This document shows, piece by piece, positions 24,388-36,064 of a stretch of DNA of 64,000 bases; the first letter of the stretch is position 1; every line of letters begins with the position of its first letter. The position numbers and the translations under genes are program-made. Source of the DNA: an uncultured Gemmatimonadales bacterium. Its GTDB lineage: Bacteria; Gemmatimonadota; Gemmatimonadetes; Gemmatimonadales; GWC2-71-9. The DNA lies in NCBI GenBank assembly GCA_963842945.1, contig CAWJIM010000002.1, positions 297,431 through 361,430 of the forward strand, in the 5' to 3' direction. Below the pieces are notes generated by a model. The model did not search any database and was not told where the DNA came from. It saw only the letters and a list, made by a program, of their open reading frames with translations.

Positions 24388-26936
24388 TCACCCACACTCG
24401 CTGAAGCCGCACACGTGGCACTTCATGCAACCCTCGGCGAACTCCAGCTGGGATCCGCAGTCCGGACAGGCGCCCGACAGCATTTCCTGCATCCCGCCGA
24501 AAATCATCTGCTCTCCCCGGGCGCCCGACTGGCCGACCGGCTGGTTCACCACCGGAGCGAGCTCGGCCTGTGCGCCGGTCTTGGTGCCCGGCAGCAGCTC
24601 CTGCTGGATTCCCTGCTTTTCCTGCATCCAGCGCTCGATGGCGATGCCGACGGCGTCGGGCACCGACAGGATCTTGTTCGGCCCCAGACCGATCACCCGG
24701 TCCGAGCTGATGCCGCGGAGCTGCCGATAGATCTCCTTGATGGGGATACCCGAGCGCAGCGCCAGACTGATCAGGCGTCCCAGCGACTCCACGTCGGCCA
24801 TCAGGGCCCCGCCGGCCTTGCCCAGAGTCATGAAGACCTCGAAGGGCTGGCCCTTGTCGTCTTCGGTGATGGTGACGTAGAGCGTTCCGAGGGGCGTTTC
24901 AACCCGGCGGGTGGTGCCGCGCAGGACCTCGGGCCGGGAGCGCTTCTGCCGCCGCTGGAGGTTTTCCGACTCCAGCTCGAGCACGATGCGCTGAAGCCGC
25001 TCGTTTTCCGCCCGCAGCTCGGCGATCTCACCGTGCAGAGTCGGCGGTTCCGGTGATTTCCTGGGTCGCCTGTCCGGCCTTCCCGGTCTTCACGTCCTTC
25101 CCGACTTGCTCCGTCACCTTCTTGGCGGTAGACCCGGCGGAGAGAACCTGCATGTCGCGGCTGCCATCGCGGTAGACGGTCACGCCTTTGCAGTTGAGCC
25201 GGTAAGCCAGCCGGTAGATCTCCTCGACGTATTCCTCGGTGGCATCGTGGGCGAAGTTGCAGGTCTTGGAGATGGCGCTGTCGTTGAACTCCTGAAATGC
25301 CGCCTGCATCCGGATGTGCCACTCGGGCTTGATGGCGTTGGCGGTGACGAAGACCCGCTGCCACTTGGCCGGAACCTCGGGGAAATCGATGTGGCCGGTC
25401 TCCGCGATCTTCCGCATCAGCTCGTCCGAGTACCAGCCCTCTGCCTTGGCGATGGCGATGAAATCCTCATTCACATCGGGCATGAGGACCCCGGCCTGAT
25501 TGCGCATGAAGGCGACGGCAAAGAGAGGCTCGATCCCGGAGCTGCACCCGGCGATGATCGAGATGGTGCCGGTGGGCGCCACGGTAGTGACGTTGCAGTT
25601 CCGCAGCCGCCGCATGGGTCGGATCCGCTCGCCCTGGGCGTCGCGGGCGCAGGTCTCATCCGGACCCCAGATGCTCCGCTCCCACTCGGGGAACGTTCCG
25701 CGCTGGGCCGCGAGCCGCTCGGATTCGCGCTTGGCCTCCTCGTCGACGAACTGCTGGATCTTCCGGCCCAGGGCGACACCTTCCTCTGAATCGTAGGGTA
25801 CGCCGAGCTTCACGAACACATCGGCCAGGCCCATGACCCCCAGCCCGATCCGGCGGATCCTCTGGGCCAGGTCGGTGATTTCCGGCAGCGGATACTGGTT
25901 GGCGTCGATGACGTTCTCCAGGAAGTGGGTGGAGAGGTGCACGACTCGCCGGAGCTCGTCCCAGTCAATCTCCTTCCCGTCGTTCCCGTCCTTGCCGCCT
26001 TCCCGCCCTCCTTCACAAACGCGCCCAGATTGATCGACCCCAGGTTGCAAACGTCATAGGGCAGCAGCGGCTGCTCCCCGCAGGGGTTCGTGGCCTCGTA
26101 CTCACCCAGATGGGGAACCGGGTTGTAGTGGTTGGCGCTATCGACGAAGAACACGCCGGGCTCGCCGGTCTTCCAGGCGCCGTGGATGATCCGCTCCCAG
26201 ACTTCGCGGGCCTGGAGCTGGCCGGTGACTTGCCCGGTTTTGGGATGAACCAGATCGTAGAGCCCGTCGGCCTCCACCGCAGCCATGAAGGCATCGGTGA
26301 CGGCCACCGAGATGTTGAAATTGGTGATCTTGGTCGTGTCGTCCTTGCAGGTGATGAACTCCATGATGTCGGGGTGATCGACCCGGAGAATGCCCATGTT
26401 GGCCCCCCGCCGGGTGCCGCCCTGCTTGACCACATCGGTGGACGCATCGAACAGCGACATGAAGGAGACCGGGCCCGGAGGCCACGCCCATGGTGGAGCG
26501 TACGATGTCGTTCTTGGGACGAAGGCGGGAGAAGCTGAACCCGGTGCCGCCCCCCGACTGATGGACCAGCGCCATGGCTCGCAGGGTGTCATAGATGCCG
26601 CTCTTGCCATTGGAGAGCGCATCGTCCACCGGAAGCACGAAGCAGGCTGACAGCTGGCCCAGCGGGCGGCCCGCGTTCATCAGTGTGGGGGAGTTGGGCA
26701 CGAAGAGGCGGTTGGCCATGAGCCCGAAGAAGTCGGCGGCCACCTGCTCCACCTGCTGGGCCGATCCCCCGTAGTGGGCGTCGGCCTGCGCCACGGTGCG
26801 GGCCACCCGCTGGAACAGGTCACGCGGACTTTCGACTGGCGTCGCCGGTCTCGTCCTTGAGCAGATAGCGCTTCTCGAGCACCGTGATGGCATTGGGCGA
26901 AAGCCGGACCGCGTCCCGTGGGGTGGACGATTTCAT
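24388..26936 (-). CDS. nrdJ: Class II (B12-dependent) ribonucleotide reductase with C-terminal TSCPD-like domain and Zn ribbon (frameshifted)
   Basis: [59 protein letters not shown]...CHVCGFSEC. Confidence 0.93.
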
Positions 26937-27029
26937 AGAACTCCCCGCCTGAAAGGTATTGACTCAGAGGGTGGAGCGTGCTCAGCAGCGCGGCCGGCCT
27001 TGATGGTCGCGCGCCGAAAACGGAAGGCC

Positions 27030-27058
27030 AAGCTAGGACGCCAGGGCAACCGAGACAA
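27030..27058 (-). promoter_or_regulatory. Putative sigma70 promoter of nrdJ
   Basis: TTGTCT-17 nt-TAGCTT on minus strand. Confidence 0.5.
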
Positions 27059-27183
27059 TACCGCAGGAAATAGCCCGAAACTACGTGCGATCCTGCTGTC
27101 TCACATCACAAATATAACAGGGGAATGTGGACAAGTGGATTGGTAGGGTGAATTGGTGGCGGACGAAGCAAAGGGCGCTGGCA

Positions 27184-27680
27184 TCACAGCACGGATACCG
27201 GCCTTGTGGGCCCGCGCCTCCTTGACGTAGTGCCTCCAGGTGGCGGCAATCCGTTCTGCCAGCGCGGCATCCACCTGCCGGACGATCCGCCCGGGCACAC
27301 CCATGACGAGCGAACCGGGGGGTACCTGCATCCCCTCCGGCACCACCGCTCCCGCTGCCACCACGCTGCCGCTTCCAATCGTGACCCCATTGAGCAGCAC
27401 GCTTCCCATGGCGATCAGGCAGTCATCCCCGACCGTGCAGCCATGGAGGATCACTCGGTGGCCCAACCCCGACCCGCTCTGCCCACGGTGCAGGGCACGC
27501 CATCGTCCACGTGGACGACGGTACCGTCCTGGATATTGGATTGAGCGCCGATGACGATCGGAGCCATGTCGCCCCGCAGCACGGCGTCCGTACCAGATGC
27601 TGGCGTCTTCGCCCAGAGTCACGTCGCCCATCACGGCAGCGGTGGGCGCGATGAAGGCGGATGGGATGAATATTGGTCAG
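27184..27680 (-). CDS. Gamma carbonic anhydrase family (hexapeptide repeat), frameshifted; ends approximate
   Basis: GDVTLGEDASIW, NIQDGTVVH, GHRVILHGCTVGD, LVMGVPG. Confidence 0.88.
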
Positions 27681-27691
27681 CGAGAAGCCCT

Positions 27692-29737
27692 CTACTGTTC
27701 CTGGGCAGGAGGGAACAGCATCTGGGTCCAGGCCTCGACCGGCGCTCCATCCTTCAGCGCCGGGTGCCAGGTGACGGTCCACACGAAGTTACGGACCTCC
27801 CGCTCGAAGGCTGGATCGTCCGACGGCCGGAGCCGCATGATGTCCACGGTCCGGCCCTCGGCCGAGACTTTGACCCACAGCAGTGATGGCCGGGGAGACG
27901 GCTGGGCGTCCGGGGGGAGCGTCACGAACGGGGGGTTGACCGGCTTGGGCCGCTCATCGAAGCAGGAGCCATCGGCATTGTAGCCCGGTCCCGGGCACAC
28001 AGCCGGGCTCGGCCCGTCGCTGCGCCTCGCGGCCGGGTCGGCAGCGGGGCGCCGATCTGGGTGAGCTGGGGGGTAAGCTCCTGGACCTGGCCCGGGCGGA
28101 CCACGATGGTATCGGAATAGAAGTTGTACCGCGGGGCCGAGATGGCGAGCGCATGAGGTCCCGGCGCAAGCTTGGTCAGCGCCTGGGTGATCGGTTGCTC
28201 GTCGATCAGGACGGTGGATCCGCGGGGCAGACCGATCAGCCGGATGCCGCCGCTGTCCACCGGTCCGACTGACGTCATTGACCAGCGGCCAACCCGGCGG
28301 CGTCGAATCCCTGGGCGGCTTCTAGCCGCCGAGTCCGCCCGTGGAGCCGACGCCGCCGCTGGGCGAGGCTCCGGTGTCGCGCGGAGCAGCGATGGCCTGA
28401 TTGCGCCGTGGTATCGATCCGCTGGCTGGTGTCGCCACCAACCTTGACCGAGTCCGCCGGCTCGGCCGCGATCCCCCCGGGGGCGAAGCCGTGCGCCGTG
28501 TAGTAGTACAAGGCGCCGCCCACTGCCACCCAGCACGCGCAAGCAGAATCCAGAGCCAGGCCCAGGAGGACGCACTTGCCCGCATGGCCACGGAGCGGTC
28601 GGCGACCCGGCGGGGCACCTCGCGCCGCTCCCGGGGCGTCATCCGCCGGTTGACCAGCGGGGAATCGAGCGGGGTGGTGGGCTGGCTCACGATGGGCGGA
28701 AACGCCCCGCCGCTCGCCACCGAGCCCCTCGCCGAGCCCGCCGCCGGCCGCGGCAGGAACCCCGGTCGCCAGCTGCGTCCGCACCGCTCCGGTCGCCGCG
28801 ATCGGCTGACCCTGAAACGAGGCGACCAGCTCCTCGCAGCTCTGGATACCGGTCGAACGGATCCTTCATCAGCATCCGCTTGATGACCTCGAAGATGACG
28901 GCGCTCGTCGGCGGTGACCAGGCTGGGCGTGGGGATCGGCTCGGTGATGTGCTTGTAGCCGATCGAGAAGCTGTCCTCACCATCGTAGGGGACGCTGCCG
29001 GTCAGGCACTGATACGCCACGATGCCCAGGCTGTAGATGTCGCTCCGGCCATCGATCGGCTGGGCCCGGGCCTGCTCCGGGCTCATGTAGTGCGGAGTCC
29101 CGATGGACATGCCGGTCCCGGTCAGCTTCTGTCCGGACGCTGCCTTGGCGATGCCGAAGTCGGTCAGTACGCTCTGCCCGAACTCGTCGAACATGATGTT
29201 GTCGGGCTTGATGTCCCGGTGCACGATGCCGCGTTGGGCCGCGTAGCCCAGCGCACTGCCTGCCTCGAGCAGCAGCCGCCGGATCTCGGGCGGGGTGAGC
29301 TTCTTCCGCTGGCCCAGGACGCTGGAGAGCGAGCCGCCCCGCAGGAACTTCATGACGAAGTAGATCACCCGACCGGAGCGGCCGACCCGATAGATCGGAA
29401 TGATGTTGGGATGCTCCAGCTGAGCGGCGGTGCGGGCCTCGCGCTGGAAGCGCTCCACGAACTCGGTGTCGAAGGCAAGGGAAAACGGCAGGACCTTGAC
29501 CGCCACCTCGCGCTCCAGCTGCCGGTCCTTGGCCCGGTACACCATCGCCATCCCGCCCCGACCCAGCTCCTCGATGATCTCGTATTCCGCGGCGAGCGAC
29601 TCGCGCACGAGGTCGAGCTCCTGCAGCACCCCGGTCGCGATGGCATGCACCGGGGTGGTGGCCATGAGGTCCAGGCCGCAGGAGGGGCAGAACTTCGATT
29701 TTCCGGTGATTTCGCTGCCACAGCGGGAGCAGAACAT
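27692..29737 (-). CDS. Ser/Thr protein kinase: Zn ribbon-kinase-TM-PEGA-like-TonB_C-like (frameshifted)
   Basis: CSRCG..CPSCG; LGRGGMA, VAVK, HRDIKPDN, DFG, GTPHYMSPE; LAPGPHALAISAPRY; VKVSAEG...WHPALKDGAPV. Confidence 0.88.
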
Positions 29738-29812
29738 GGCGCGCAAGCTACGCGGCGCCCTTGCGGAGTTCAAGCGGAATCGCGTGGCGTATCGCGAGAT
29801 GGGTTGCGATAA

Positions 29813-29926
29813 GCAGGGCAGCTCGGCAGCGCGGGCAGCGGGGCAGATGAACCAGCCTTGAAATGATCTGACTCAACATCAGAGGGAAAATCGCTGCACC
29901 CTGCCCCGCGGCCCCGCTGCCCCGCC
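29813..29926. repeat. Inverted octamer (GCGGGGCA/TGCCCCGC) arrays flanking an AT-richer spacer
   Basis: gcagcgcgggcagcggggcag ... ctgccccgcggccccgctgccccgcc. Confidence 0.75.
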
Positions 29927-30015
29927 AGCATTGGCACGTAATCACCGTGCAGCCGGTGGTCCGGCTCCCCCAGCCTCGGGACCCCTCTTCCGCGTCATCC
30001 ACTCTGGAGAGCCTG

Positions 30016-30469
30016 TGGTCCCGTATCACACGATCGCCTTCAGCCAGCAGAAGCTCAGGGCCGCCCTGCGCCGCGCCGCGGGCCAGGACCCGGCGTTCAC
30101 CTATGGCTTCGTGGTCCACTCCCGGCGCCAGCATGAGCGCCCCACGCCTCGGGCTGATCACCCTGCACGGTGAGAGCCTGGCATTCAACGAGCGGCTGCT
30201 TGAAGTCGCTCGACGGGCTACCCCTCTGGTTGTTCGGTCACGCGCGGATAACCCTGGTGCCGGGGTCGTCGATCGCGCCGGCCGAAGGTGGCCGGACCAA
30301 GCAGGCCGACCGGCCTCTGGCCTCGATGCTGATGCACATCGCCACCTTCGATACCAGCACCGGCGTCACCCAGCACCTGGTTCAGGTGGAGGCGGTGGTC
30401 AAGGCGGAGAGCCTGGTTCAGCCGCTCCTGATTCTGACCCCGTCCCGCCCGGCCGCGTGGCCAATGTGA
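30016..30469 (+). CDS. Hypothetical protein (frameshifted; start uncertain)
   Basis: Codon-biased frames join into VPYHTIAF...LGLITLHGESL...LWLFGHARITL...QHLVQVEAVV. Confidence 0.55.
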
Positions 30470-30496
30470 AGCGTAGGCAAAGACCCTCCGAGCAAG

Positions 30497-32838
30497 TTAG
30501 CCGGAGGGTCTTATCTGTATCGGGAACACCCGCTTACCGCTCACGCTTACTCTTTCCCGCTCACCGTCTTTCTCCTCCACCACCTGAAATTCCTGCGCTC
30601 GATGATCCTGCGCCCGTCCGCATCCACCACCAGGAGCTCGAGCACGTAGTTCCCCGGCTTGAGCCGATCGAGCTTGAGGCTGCGGTGGGTGCTGACCCGC
30701 TGGCGTGGTGGCCTGCTGCTCGAATTTGAGTCGATGGCCGCTCCGCCACCGCCAAAAATCTTCTTGAATATCCCCCCGCCGGAGCCCTTCTTCTTGACCG
30801 TAAGCTCCACGGTATATGGAGCCGGGCTTGAGGCCCTCGATCTCGTAGTACAACTCCATCTCCTCGCCCCGCCTGTAGGTGCGGAGCGGATTGAAGAGCA
30901 CGGTGTCGTCCGGCGTACGGCGCCAGCCGAGATTGGCGGTCGCGAGCCGAGCACCAGATCGCTGAGACTCGAGCCGGCCGCGCTGGTCGGTCCCACCCGT
31001 ACGCTGTCGGTCGGGAGGGTGACCCCGGCAGTCGTCTCCCTGCTGAATGGCCAGGCGGTAGTGCAGTGGTCCCGGCAGGAACCGTGGCGCCCACCCGCCC
31101 GACCAGATGCTCGTTGGCGGCACCGCGCTCGGGGGCGACGAAGTGCCGGGTGGTGTCCAGCGAGGCGACGACCTTGTCCCTGCTCGTCCAGTGGCGACGA
31201 AGCGGAGCCGACGCTGTAGAGGAATCCGCGAGTCACCGTGACCGGCTCGAGGCTGGACCCGGCAATGGCATAGGCGATCTGCACCTTGGTGCCCGCTGGA
31301 ATCGCGCCCGACGGCGAGCACCTCCGAGGTGCGCCTTCAGCTCGCTGGGGAAAGCGCAGCTCGTAGCTGTCGCTGTTGGTTCCTACCGCGATGCTCTCCT
31401 GCCCTGCCCGGCGCTCCTGGCTCTGGTAGCGCCCGGTGCTGCCTCGGCCGGCGCTCTGCAGCCGGCGGTAGATCGGCGACAGCTGCTCCCGCGACAGCAT
31501 CAGCTGCTCGGCCATGGCATTGTCGGCGGCCGTTGGCCTGCTCCCTGCAGCTGCACGGCATTGCTGAACCCGAGCACGTCGAAGAGGCTCTCGACCAGCT
31601 TGAAGTCCTGCACGTCCTCCCGGGCGATGAAGTGGAAGATCAGGTCGCCGTCGGTGCGGGCGTAGCGCCAGGATTCGTTGGGCTCCAGACCGGGTGCGGC
31701 ATAGCTGGCCCGGCTGGAAGGCTCGCCATGGCGGATGTAGATGACTCCCCGATCGTCAAAATCCCGGCTGCCGGAGCGATACCGCTCGACGATGTCGTAA
31801 TGCCGGTTATTGGTGGTGAGCTGGAAATTCTTGCGGGCGTAGAACAGACGGCGGTAGTGCTCGCGCAGCCGCTCGCCATCGGCCCGCAGCTCGGCCCGGT
31901 CCCGCTGGCCCCAGAACCGCCGCAGGTATGCGCGCCCGGCGGGCGCCCTGCTGCTGGTCGAACTCACGCAGGACGCTGTCCGAGGCAATGGTGGCGAGAT
32001 CGGCCCGATAACCCGCGACGGTGGTGGAGTCGTCCAGCAGGCCGCACCCTCGAAATACGGTGTGACACCTTCGAAACGGCCCAGCAGGAGAATGCGTACG
32101 CGCGATCTCGAGGAGGCCGAGACCTCGGTTCTGGCCATGCTCGCAGGTAGCCGTTGAAGGCGGCCAGGGCGGAGTCACCGTCCCCAACTTCGCGCTCCAC
32201 CCGGCCCCGGGCGAGGAGCACCTCGGGATCGACTTCGGCGGGGGTGGGTGCCGGCCCGGCGCAGCGCTTCCAGCGCCACGCCGAGCTTGATGTTCACCCG
32301 CTGCCGCAACGCGGTGTTGGCCAGATCCACCAGACCGCGGACAAACGAAGGGTCGACCTCGGCTGACTTGGCAAACGCCACTGCTGAGCGGGTCAGCGCA
32401 TCCTTCCCCAGCATCGTCTTGAGGCCGGTCACGAAGGAGACCTGGGAGTCGCCCACCCCATATTCCGCCAGTCCCATTCCGTACCAGGCGTAGGGCCAGG
32501 AAGGCTGAAGATCGATAGCCCACTGGAACTCCGAGGCCGCATCGTCATAGTGGGCCTGGCCGCCCAGGTCGCCCAGCCGGAGCGAAAGAAACCCCAGCTT
32601 CAGATGGATCATGCCGTCGTTGCGATCGACCTTGGCGGAATCGATCAGCCGCTTTTCGAGGGCGAGAAGCCCGATGGAATCGGACGGTGGATGCGAGGGA
32701 GTCGCGGAAGCGTTCCAGCTCGGCTCGATCGGCTCGGGGCCTGAGCCGTGATCGAGCGGGGAACCAGATGCCAGGACGGCGAGGGCGAGAAGGCCGCAGC
32801 GCGACTGAAGTTTCGTTTTCAGAACTGAGGTGCAACAT
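30497..32838 (-). CDS. GWxTD-like exported protein with N-terminal TPR-like helices (heavily frameshifted)
   Basis: FWGQRD...REHYRRLFYARKNF...DDRGVIYIRHGEP...NESWRY; C-terminal ELYYEIEGL and LDRLKPGNYVLELLVVD. Confidence 0.75.
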
Positions 32839-32931
32839 CAGCCAGACCTCGTCACTGCACGCCCTACTTAAGGGCACCGCCGTCCGACCGGCTGCCGGCG
32901 GAGGCGCGGGGCGATGGAATTGATTTGCGCC

Positions 32932-34923
32932 CTAGGAGACGCCCTTGATCCGACCGGCCCACATCGCGTGGGGGCTGGTTCCGGGCCCGTCCCCGAAGAA
33001 AACTCTCGGATACCCTCGTAGCACGCCTCGGGCATAGAGCCGCTGCCCCGAAGCTGACCGAAGCCGAACCTCCTGATCCGGCATGATCACGAACATTCCC
33101 TCACTCAGCACCGACGGCATCCAGGTGGCACGGATCAGTGCCAGGTCCGCCCGGCTGATACCGAGATCGGGAAGCCCGAGCCGGCGCACCAGCGCCCGCT
33201 GGATTTCGGCCGCCAACGGCAAGCTGCGGGGCTGATTATAGAATACGCTGGTCCCGTTATTGGTGAAGGGGTTGACCCCATCCGGCAACGCGTTGTTATG
33301 AATGGAAACCAGCAGCTCTGCCCCGCTGGTATCGGCCAACGCCACTCGCGGCCACAGGTCCACCGCGGTATCGGCCGTGCGGGTCATGATCACACGGGCT
33401 CCCGCCTGCTTGCAGCAGTGCGCGAAGCTGCAGGGCCACGGCCAGGTTGGCATCCGCCTCCCGCAGCCCCGTCGGACCGGTGGAACCCAGAGGCGGGTGT
33501 CCCGGATCGATGGCGATGAGGCGGCCCCGCAGCGGGTGGCTGGATGAGATGGACGGCGGGCGCCGGATCTCGAGCAGCAGATCGTTTCGATTCCAGCGGG
33601 TGCGATAGCCCCAGACCGGCTGCGGTCAGCTCTGCCGTGAAGCTCAGCTCGTCGGCGCTGCTCTGAGCCCAGCTCAGCCGGCGGACCAGCGAGTCCGTCC
33701 CATAGCGCATCCAGTCCACGTCCCCCACCGCGCTGTAGAACGTGATCGTGAGGCCCGTTCGGTCTCGATCACCTGGAAGGGCACCCGCTGGGTGAGCGGT
33801 ATGCGGAGCGCGACCCGGTCTGGCCGGCTGTCAGCGTCACCGAGCCCACCACGGCGCTCGGGGCCGGAATTCCGCTGGGCAGAGCGCCGCGCATCCGATG
33901 CCGGTACCCAGGCCACCGGCCTCGGGCGAGAGCCGAATGCGAAGGTCGTCGTTCAGTCGGGCCGTCACCTGGGCCCGTGTGCCGGTGGGAAAGAACCATT
34001 GATAAGGTGCCACCAGGCGTGGCGCTGCCGGGTGTCAGGCTGTCGGTCTTTCCCTGCCTCGTCGTATCATCGTCGAACTGGGTGACCAGCGGCAGGGTAT
34101 CGAGCAGCGCTACCTGCAAGGGCCACCGCGCCGAACGGTGTCTCGATCCAGCACGGCCTCCAGGGTTGCCCAGCCCGAATCAGGAGACAGGAGCTCGGCG
34201 TAGGGAGTCGGACAGGAAGCCCCGGTGACGCAGCGCAACACGGCCCGGCCGAGCACCCGAACCAGCGCGCGCGAGGGGCCGCGAAGGATGGGCCCGGGAT
34301 CGGGACCCAGCGTTTTACCCCGGAGCACGCCGACAAACCTGATTTCGTCCGGCGTCCGCAGCTTGGTGGTGTCGTGCTCGAATGCCCGAATGGCGGGGAG
34401 AACTTCCTCCGGCTGGCGCTGAGGAAGCAGTTGGACGCTGGAACCATCGGGCAGATGTAGCCGAACGTCCGATCCTTCCGCAGCGCGGGCGGACAGCGTG
34501 ACGTACTCGTCCCGACCGATCCATGCCTGCCCCGAGGCGAAAGCGACACCGAATCGATCCAGGCCCGGCCCGACCTCACTTCACCCGGCACGAAGCGCGG
34601 ATCGCGTCGAACGGTAGTTCATCACGCTCGAGTCCTGCCCCCGGAAGCCTCGATCCTGAATTGCATCACGCTGTCGGGCGGAAACGGAAGCCAGGCCAGC
34701 CAGGCACCGTTGGGCCACACCCGAACCCGGTCGCCGTTGATGGTGAGTCGCACGTCGGGCCCAGAACCGATCCGAGCAGAAAGCTCGAGTCCCGGACCCG
34801 GACTCGGTCCTCGGAGGCGGGATAGACGACGCGAAGCGCGATGGGGGGTGCTTGCGACAGAACAGAGGTTGGCGCGGTGAAAAGCAGCCACAGCGCCGCG
34901 ACGGCCCTTCGCTGGAACGGCAT
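32932..34923 (-). CDS. N-acetylmuramoyl-L-alanine amidase (Amidase_3), exported, heavily frameshifted; 3' end approximate
   Basis: IAIDPGH, IMTRTAD, VSIHNNA, PSVLSEG; signal peptide at 34923. Confidence 0.88.
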
Positions 34924-34966
34924 GGCTGCAAGGTAAACGTTGACTATGACTTACGCCAAGGCAGCG

Positions 34967-34995
34967 TTGACGCTTTTCATACCGCTCCCTAGATT
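34967..34995 (+). promoter_or_regulatory. Putative sigma70 promoter of PP2C-ampG
   Basis: TTGACG-17 nt-TAGATT. Confidence 0.6.
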
Positions 34996-35038
34996 CGTCA
35001 GACCTCGAACGCCCTGCCTGACGGAAGGACTGCGTGGA

Positions 35039-36061
35039 ATGACCAACGGCTCGGTACGCGTCTCCGTCTTCGGCAAGACCGACCTGGGCCGCACCCGCGA
35101 TCACAACGAGGACACCTTCCTCGTCGCCGACCTGAGCACCGGCAACGCCAGCCTCCAGCCTGAAGTCCGCAGTCATCAGATCGGCCCCAAGGGCTCCCTG
35201 TTCATGGTAGCCGATGGCATGGGCGGCGCGGCCGCAGGGGAGCTGGCCAGCGCCATGGCAGCCGACCTCATCTACCGCCACATGGCCACCGCCTGGGCCA
35301 ACGATGGCCACCCCACCGCTTCCCGGTTTGCCTTTCGAATGAAGGAGGCGGTCGAGCTGGCCAATGCAGAGATCTACGCCTACGCCCGGGAGCACCCCGA
35401 GGTGCGAGGGATGGGAACGACCGTGACCGCGGCGGGGATCTTCGGCAGTGACCTCTATCTCGCGCAGATCGGCGACAGCCGAGCCTACCTGGTGCGGGGG
35501 AACGAAGCGATTCAGCTGACCAAGGACCAAAGTCTGATGCAGCGCCTGGTGGATGCGGGCGAGCTGACCGAGGTGGAGGCCGAACAGAGCGAGCGGCGCA
35601 ACATCATTCTGCAGGCGCTGGGTCCCGACCCGCGGGTGAAGGTGGATCTCACCCATCAGCCGGTGCGGCGGGGTGACACCCTGATTCTCTGCTCCGATGG
35701 ATTGTCGGGGCTGGTTCGCCGGGAGGAGTTCGCCGGGCTGGCCCAACAGCACCGGGACCCGCCGGCCCTCTGCGCCGCGCTCATCGATCTCGCGAACGAA
35801 CGTGGCGGACCGGACAACATCACCGTCATCACCGCGCGGTTCGAGGGGGAGGGTTTGCCGGAAGCCGGCGGGGAAGACGACGTAGGATACCAGAGCTACC
35901 GGATTTCCTCGCCCACCAACCAGCAGGACTCCGCCGACGCCTCTGAGCCGCCCTCCGCCGGAGATGCCGGCTCCAGCATCGCCCTGGACCGGCTGCGGAA
36001 TCTCGGCCTCATCATGCTGTTAGTTGGGGTCGTCATGCTTCTGCTCGCCGTGTGGCGATAG
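35039..36061 (+). CDS. PP2C-type Ser/Thr phosphatase (Stp1-like) with C-terminal membrane anchor
   Basis: TDLGRTRDHNED, VADGMGG, GMGTT, IGDSRAY, LCSDGL, GGPDNIT; hydrophobic C-terminus. Confidence 0.95.
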   Translation: MTNGSVRVSVFGKTDLGRTRDHNEDTFLVADLSTGNASLQPEVRSHQIGPKGSLFMVADGMGGAAAGELASAMAADLIYRHMATAWANDGHPTASRFAFRMKEAVELANAEIYAYAREHPEVRGMGTTVTAAGIFGSDLYLAQIGDSRAYLVRGNEAIQLTKDQSLMQRLVDAGELTEVEAEQSERRNIILQALGPDPRVKVDLTHQPVRRGDTLILCSDGLSGLVRREEFAGLAQQHRDPPALCAALIDLANERGGPDNITVITARFEGEGLPEAGGEDDVGYQSYRISSPTNQQDSADASEPPSAGDAGSSIALDRLRNLGLIMLLVGVVMLLLAVWR

Positions 36062-36064
36062 CGT

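Noticed and set aside
27076..27122. NrdR boxes upstream of nrdJ
   Set aside because: Only partial matches (cacaaatataacag, aaactacgtg); cannot be supported without a weight-matrix scan
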